DNA of 64,000 bases, from NCBI GenBank assembly GCA_963773585.1, contig CAVZBR010000001.1, positions 703,882 through 767,881 on the forward strand, read 5' to 3'. Shown here piece by piece: positions 59,036 to 64,000 of the stretch. The notes below the pieces were generated by a model. The model searched no databases and was not told the DNA's origin. It was given only the letters and a program-made list of their open reading frames with translations. A program made the translations under genes and the position numbers. This DNA is from an uncultured Gammaproteobacteria bacterium (GTDB lineage Bacteria; Pseudomonadota; Gammaproteobacteria; JASBUN01). Within the stretch, counting starts at the first letter, position 1; each line of letters starts with the position of its first letter.

Positions 59036-59983
59036 ATGAAGATGGCAGGGCTCTTGGACAGCGTCGACCAACGGACTCGACTGGCAGGGCACAATCGCCT
59101 GGAATTGCTTTTGTTTCGCGTCGGGGGTTCGCAATTATTCGGTATCAATGTGTTCAAGGTGCAGGAGGTCGTCCAGTGTCCGCCGCTCACGCGCCTCCCC
59201 AATGCCAACCCGGTGGTGCGCGGCGTCGCCCATATGCGCGGCAAGACCATTCCAGTTATCGATTTGGCCATGGCGATCGGTCGGGCGCCGGTCACGGATT
59301 TCAAGACCTGCTATGTCATCGTGACCGAGTACAACCGCCGCATCCAGGGTTTTCTGGTCGGGGCAGTGGATCGCATCGTCAACATGAATTGGGAAGAAAT
59401 CCTGCCGCCGCCGAAAGGCTCCGCCATGCGCAGCTATCTCACGGCAGTCACTCGCGTGGATAACAAACTGGTCGAGATAATCGACGTGGAGAAAGTGCTG
59501 TCCGAGGTGATCGGCACCCAAGGCGACATTTCCGAAGATGTGCGTGCAGGCCTCGGCAACCGCGAAAACGTGCGTCGCATTCTGGTGGTCGACGATTCCA
59601 GCGTCGCGCGCAATCAGGTCAAGCGCACGTTGGAGCAATTGGGCTTTGAAAGCGTGTTGGCACGCAATGGTCGTGAAGCTTTGCGGATGCTCCAGGCTTG
59701 GGCCGACGAAGGCGCAATTTACGAGAACGTCTCGATGGTGATTTCCGACGTGGAAATGCCGGAGATGGATGGTTATACCCTGACCACCGAGTTGCGTAAG
59801 GATCCCCGCTTGAATCGCCTTTATGTGCTGCTGCACACGTCGCTCAGCGGTGTGTTCAACAATGCGATGGTGGAAAAGGTGGGCGCCAACAAGTTCATTG
59901 CCAAGTTCGATCCCGACGAGCTGGCGACCGGCGTCACCGCGGCGTTGGACGAGTTGAGCGGCGCGGCGGCGGTCGCTGTCTGA
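59036..59983 (+). CDS. cheV: Chemotaxis coupling protein CheV (CheW-like + receiver)
   Basis: 315 aa with an N-terminal CheW-like domain (LLLFRVGGSQLFGINVFKVQEV) and a C-terminal REC (ILVVDDSSVARN..VISDVEMPEMDG). Confidence 0.9.
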   Translation: MKMAGLLDSVDQRTRLAGHNRLELLLFRVGGSQLFGINVFKVQEVVQCPPLTRLPNANPVVRGVAHMRGKTIPVIDLAMAIGRAPVTDFKTCYVIVTEYNRRIQGFLVGAVDRIVNMNWEEILPPPKGSAMRSYLTAVTRVDNKLVEIIDVEKVLSEVIGTQGDISEDVRAGLGNRENVRRILVVDDSSVARNQVKRTLEQLGFESVLARNGREALRMLQAWADEGAIYENVSMVISDVEMPEMDGYTLTTELRKDPRLNRLYVLLHTSLSGVFNNAMVEKVGANKFIAKFDPDELATGVTAALDELSGAAAVAV

Positions 59984-60133
59984 TCACAACGCCAACACGA
60001 AATAACTCGCCTTCACCATGCTCCGACTTTTTCTTGCGGTCGCGCGCACGCGCGTGCTAAATGACTTTGCCGTGCAACGTACCGACGTGAATCGTTGGAC
60101 GTGCGCGTGATATCCAGCCTCCAGCAACGGAAC

Positions 60134-60973
60134 ATGACTTTGTCCGCGACCGTGATCAGCCCGGAAGAGTATCGGGATTTCCGCAGTTTTCTTGAGAAAG
60201 CGTGCGGAATCGTCCTGGGCGAAAACAAGCAATATCTCGTGTCCAGCCGTCTCAGCCGCGTCATGCACGAGTTCGATCTGAAGTCGTTCGGTGAGTTGGT
60301 CGCCGCAATCAAGCGCGAAGCGCAAACGCCGTTGCGTAGTCGTATCGTCGAAGCGATGACCACCAATGAAACATCCTGGTTCCGCGACAACCATCCGTTT
60401 GCGACCTTGAAGGAGCGGATTTTTCCCGAACTCGGCAAGTTGCGGCGAAATCCGATTCGGGTCTGGTCTGCGGCCTGTTCTTCGGGGCAGGAACCCTATT
60501 CGATCAGTATGACCGTGCATGAATTTCAGATGTCCAATCCGGGGGTGATGAGCGGCGAGGTCGCGATCGTTGCCACGGATATTTCCCCGGCGATCGTGAA
60601 TCAGGCGCGCTCCGGGCGCTACGACTCACTTTCCATGGCGCGCGGTCTATCCCTTGAGCGCAAACAGCGTTATTTCCGGCTCGAAGGCGATATGATGGAA
60701 ATCATTCCCGCAGTTCGCAAGCGGGTGCAGTTCCGCGAGTTGAACTTGCTGCAAAGCTATGCCTTGCTGGGGCGCTTCGACGTTATCTTTTGCCGCAATG
60801 TGTTGATCTACTTTTCAGGCGATTCCAAACGCGACATCCTCGAGCGGCTGGGCCGTGCGCTCAACCCGGGCGGTTACCTGTTCCTGGGCGGCTCCGAATC
60901 CATCACCGGGCTTAGCGACGCATTCGAGATGGTGCGTCACGGCGGCGGCGTGGTGTATCGCCTGAAAGCGTAG
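60134..60973 (+). CDS. cheR: Chemotaxis protein methyltransferase CheR
   Basis: ORF 60095..60973 with a likely ATG at 60134. RVWSAACSSGQEPYSISM and FDVIFCRNVLIYF motifs. Confidence 0.9.
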   Translation: MTLSATVISPEEYRDFRSFLEKACGIVLGENKQYLVSSRLSRVMHEFDLKSFGELVAAIKREAQTPLRSRIVEAMTTNETSWFRDNHPFATLKERIFPELGKLRRNPIRVWSAACSSGQEPYSISMTVHEFQMSNPGVMSGEVAIVATDISPAIVNQARSGRYDSLSMARGLSLERKQRYFRLEGDMMEIIPAVRKRVQFRELNLLQSYALLGRFDVIFCRNVLIYFSGDSKRDILERLGRALNPGGYLFLGGSESITGLSDAFEMVRHGGGVVYRLKA

Positions 60974-61556
60974 GTTGGGTCAAGCGCAGCGGAGATGGGT
61001 CCGCTGCGCTTGACCCAACCTACGGGTTCGACACAGTCACGGGGTAGGCCGCCGCGACGATGGGTCCGCTTCGCTTGACCCATCCTACGGTTCGACGCAG
61101 ATAGTGGCGTAGGTTGCGTCAAGGCCGCAGGCCGGACGCAACGTCGCTACGGTTCGACGCGTAACGGAGTAGGTTGCGTCACGGTCCGCAGCGACGGTGG
61201 GTCCGCTGTGCTTGACCCATCCTACGGGTTCGACGCAAGTAACGGCGTGGGTTGCGTCAAGGCCCGCAGGCGCCGATCGCGGGTATCGCGACTGCGCTTG
61301 ACCCATCCTACGGTTCAACGCAGCCGCGACGATGGGTCCGCTTCGCTTGACCCGTCCTACGGTTCGACGCAGATAGTGGCGTAGGTTGCGTCAAGGCCGC
61401 AGGCCGGACGCAACGTCGCTACGGTTCGACGCGTAACGGAGTAGGTTGCGTCACGGTCCGCAGACGATGGGTCCGCTGCGCTTGACCCATCCTACGGGTT
61501 CGACGCAGGTCACGGGGTAGGTTGCGTCAAGGCCGCAGGCCGGACGCAACGTCGGT
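60970..61556. repeat. REP/BIME-like array of palindromic units (~12 units of one family in both orientations)
   Basis: Recurrent GTAGG(A/T)TG(G/C)GTCAAG.. cores occur six times as ..CGCTTGACCCATCCTACGG.. and six times as GTAGGTTGCGTCA(A/C)GG... Each forms an 8-24 bp hairpin. The array fills the cheR-flgB gap. Confidence 0.85.
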
Positions 61557-61676
61557 GCTGCGACCCGTTCTCGTTTGCCGCAATTGCCGCCAGGGCGGCA
61601 AGCGTTCGCCGATTCGAGAGCGGCAATGCCGCTGAAGAAGCCAGCCAACCAACTGAAAAAGCAGTAAAAACAATTT

Positions 61677-61692
61677 TGGCACGGCAGTTGCT
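61677..61692 (+). promoter_or_regulatory. Sigma-54 (-24/-12) promoter upstream of flgB
   Basis: TGGCACGGCAGTTGCT matches TGGCAC-N5-TTGC exactly. It lies about 40 nt upstream of the flgB ATG (61731). Confidence 0.7.
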
Positions 61693-61730
61693 TCATTCGC
61701 TCGCAAAGGCAATCAGCTTTGGAGCGCAAG

Positions 61731-62123
61731 ATGGCAATTGATTTCGACAAGGTCCTGGGCAGTCACGAGCAAGCACTGTATCTGCAGTCGCGTCGCGCCG
61801 GTGTACTGGCTTCAAATCTGGCCAATGCCGATACCCCGAACTACAAGGCGCGGGACATCGACTTTCGCAGCGCCCTGCAGCAGGCCGGTCACAGCGTGCG
61901 TCTGGTCGCCACCAATCCCAATCACATTCAAGCCCGCGGCGCCAATCTTCCTGGCGGTGAATTACTGTATCGCGTTCCGAGCCAGCCCTCCCTCGACGGC
62001 AACACGGTCGACAACGATGCCGAACAAGCGGCGTTCGCGGAAAACGCGCTGCGCTATCAGGCGACGCTGAAATTTCTCAGCGGCCGCTTTCGCGGCATGA
62101 TCAACGCAATGAAGGATCAATAA
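61731..62123 (+). CDS. flgB: Flagellar basal-body rod protein FlgB
   Basis: MAIDFDKVLG..SNLANADTPNYKARDIDF (the ORF opens at 61719). Confidence 0.92.
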   Translation: MAIDFDKVLGSHEQALYLQSRRAGVLASNLANADTPNYKARDIDFRSALQQAGHSVRLVATNPNHIQARGANLPGGELLYRVPSQPSLDGNTVDNDAEQAAFAENALRYQATLKFLSGRFRGMINAMKDQ

Positions 62124-62126
62124 GCC

Positions 62127-62543
62127 ATGGCACTGTTTTCCGTATTCAACATCGCTGGGTCGGGCATGAGCGCCCAATCAGTGCGCCTCAATACCGTTGC
62201 CAGCAATATGGCCAACGTCAACAGCATGAGCGGCGATCCCAAAGACGTGTACCGTGCGCGCGAACCGGTCTTCGCCGCCGTCCTCGGCCGGGTTCGCAAT
62301 AGCGACGGATCAGATGTCGGCGTGCGCACGCTCGGTATCGTCGAGAAAACCGGCGAGCCCGAAAAAGTGCACGAACCCGGCAATCCGCTCGCCGATGCCG
62401 ACGGGTACGTGTACCACTCCAACGTCAATCCCGTGGAAGAAATGGCCAACATGATGTCGGCGTCGCGCAGTTTCCAGAACAACGTCCAGGTGCTGAACAC
62501 GACCAAGCAGTTGATGATGGCCACGATCAGGATGGGCGAATAA
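62127..62543 (+). CDS. flgC: Flagellar basal-body rod protein FlgC
   Basis: 138 aa: MALFSVFNIAGSGMSAQSVRLNTVASNMANVNS ... SNVNPVEEMANMMSASRSFQNN. Confidence 0.95.
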   Translation: MALFSVFNIAGSGMSAQSVRLNTVASNMANVNSMSGDPKDVYRAREPVFAAVLGRVRNSDGSDVGVRTLGIVEKTGEPEKVHEPGNPLADADGYVYHSNVNPVEEMANMMSASRSFQNNVQVLNTTKQLMMATIRMGE

Positions 62544-62551
62544 GCCCGAAG

Positions 62552-63226
62552 GTGAAAGTGATGACGACTCCAATCGATAGTTCGTATTTGAATGCAGGCT
62601 TGTCTGCTGCGCCGACCGCGAAAGCCAAGGATCAATTGGGACAGCAGGATTTCCTGAAGCTGATGACCACGCAGCTCGCCAATCAGGATCCGTTCAAACC
62701 CATGCAGAGCGGCGAGTTCATGACTCAGATCGCGCAGTTCAGTTCAGTGCAGGGTATTCAGGATTTGCAGAAGTCGTTCGACAGCTTCGCCAGCTCCATG
62801 GTTTCGAACCAGAGCCTGCAGAGTGCATCTCTGGTCGGCCGCAACGTGCTTGCGCCGACCCAGTACGGACTCCTGGACAGCAACGGCCTGTCCGGTGCGG
62901 TGGACGTGCCCGACAACGCGTCCAATGTCGTCGTCAGCATCCTAGACGGCGCCGGCCAGGTGGTCAAACACATGTCGCTGGGTGCCCAGGAGAAAGGTCT
63001 GAAAGATTATCGCTGGGACGGCACCGCGGACGACGGTTCCGCGCTGCAGCCCGGTCTTTACAAGGTGCAGGCTCAAGCCGTGATCGGGGGCGACAACGTC
63101 GATCTCGACCATTTCGCGCAAGCGCCTGTGGCAAGCGTGACCTTCGGCGGCGTCGGTCAGGAACCTCAGGTCAATCTCGCCGGCCTCGGGTCTTTAGCAC
63201 TCTCGAGTTTGCGCGAGATTCGTTAA
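62552..63226 (+). CDS. flgD: Flagellar hook capping/assembly protein FlgD
   Basis: 224 aa with QDFLKLMTTQLANQDPFKPM. The true start is possibly ATG 62561. Confidence 0.9.
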   Translation: MKVMTTPIDSSYLNAGLSAAPTAKAKDQLGQQDFLKLMTTQLANQDPFKPMQSGEFMTQIAQFSSVQGIQDLQKSFDSFASSMVSNQSLQSASLVGRNVLAPTQYGLLDSNGLSGAVDVPDNASNVVVSILDGAGQVVKHMSLGAQEKGLKDYRWDGTADDGSALQPGLYKVQAQAVIGGDNVDLDHFAQAPVASVTFGGVGQEPQVNLAGLGSLALSSLREIR

Positions 63227-63250
63227 GAATCGTTTTAGGAGAACACAGCC

Positions 63251-64000
63251 ATGCCATTTCGTATTGCACTGAGCGGTCTGAATGCAGCGTCATCGGAACT
63301 GCGGGTGATCGGCAACAACGTCGCCAATGCGAGCACCACCGGTTTCAAGAAGTCGCGTGCGGAATTCGCCGATATTTACGCCACCACGAACCTCGGCGTT
63401 ACCGCCAATGCCATCGGTAGTGGCGTTAAGGTGTCATCCGTCAGCCAGCAGTTCAACCAGGGTAACGTCAGCTTTACCGACAATAATCTCGATCTGGCCA
63501 TCAGCGGTTCGGGTTTCTTCCGCTTGAGCGACAACGGCGTCAACGTTTATAGCCGCGCCGGCGCCTTCGGCGTCGATCGCGACGGTTACATCGTCAACAG
63601 CCAGGCGCAGCGCCTGACCGGCTATGCCGCCGACGCAAGTGGCAATATCACCGGTGCGTTGGGCGATCTGCAATTGTCCACCGCCGACCTGCCGCCGAAT
63701 CAGACCACGGGCGTCGAAGTGTCGGCGAATCTCGACTCGCGGGTCACGGGGATCGATTCCACTGCCGTGCCCTTCGACATGACCGATCCGAGCACCTATC
63801 ACAACTCGACCACCTTCACTGCTTACGACAGCCTGGGCAATCCGCGCCTGACCACCATGTACTTCGTCAAGCAGCCCTCGGTTTCCGGCGGTGCGCCTGC
63901 GGGCAGCACCTCGGAGTGGAACATGTACATGTCGGTGGACGGTACTCAGGTCAATGCCACCGGCGGCAGCGCTGCGCGTACGGTCAACTTCGACGCTTCC
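63251..64000 (+). CDS. flgE: Flagellar hook protein FlgE (5' part, runs off the window)
   Basis: MPFRIALSGLNAASSELRVIGNNVANASTTGFKKSRAEF... The frame is open to the window end and is not in the ORF track because it is edge-truncated. Confidence 0.93.
   Translation, partial: MPFRIALSGLNAASSELRVIGNNVANASTTGFKKSRAEFADIYATTNLGVTANAIGSGVKVSSVSQQFNQGNVSFTDNNLDLAISGSGFFRLSDNGVNVYSRAGAFGVDRDGYIVNSQAQRLTGYAADASGNITGALGDLQLSTADLPPNQTTGVEVSANLDSRVTGIDSTAVPFDMTDPSTYHNSTTFTAYDSLGNPRLTTMYFVKQPSVSGGAPAGSTSEWNMYMSVDGTQVNATGGSAARTVNFDAS

Noticed and set aside
60970-61556. CRISPR array interpretation of the repeat region
   Set aside because: The repeats occur in both orientations, are themselves long palindromes, abut or overlap each other and are not separated by unique spacers of regular length. 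No cas genes are present. This is REP/BIME architecture instead.
60937-61750. ORFs 60937..61122, 61085..61318 and 61451..61750 (recurring CVEPVGWVKRSGP peptides)
   Set aside because: They are translations of the palindromic repeat units, and the same peptide recurs because the DNA repeat recurs. No independent coding evidence.

Overview
GC-rich gammaproteobacterial chromosomal window, mostly core genes. Synteny resembles Pseudomonas-like gammaproteobacteria: pepA-holC-orf-valS divergent from lptF-lptG, and ycgR-flgN-flgM-flgA / cheV-cheR / flgBCDE. Left to right: an RpfG/RpfC-like pair (HD-GYP response regulator plus a hybrid sensor whose kinase core looks catalytically dead); valS, holC, pepA, lptFG; an RDD protein; three tandem small DUF2173/Roadblock-like paralogs; a PEP-CTERM-anchored hydrolase; an ABC ATPase / double-FtsX permease / HlyD exporter; a CPA1 antiporter; corA; a ChaN-PDZ protein and an M1 peptidase. 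Then comes the most unusual locus (28.6-35.8 kb): FHA protein, two PilT-family ATPases, a HEAT-repeat Ser/Thr kinase, a 160-aa unknown and a divergent PP2C phosphatase, with no pilus or T6SS structural genes nearby. After it: tamA-tamB, a frameshifted DAACS symporter, DUF748 and DUF481 envelope proteins, zntB, slt, a NERD protein, a double-CxxC thioredoxin-like protein, relA, tRNA-Arg(CCU), tRNA-Ala(CGC) and the flagellar/chemotaxis block. A ~590-bp REP/BIME-like palindromic repeat array lies between cheR and flgB. No CRISPR array, transposase, integrase or prophage was seen. Many long ORFs in the track are antisense shadows typical of high-GC DNA. All family assignments rest on motifs read by eye and need HMM or BLAST confirmation.
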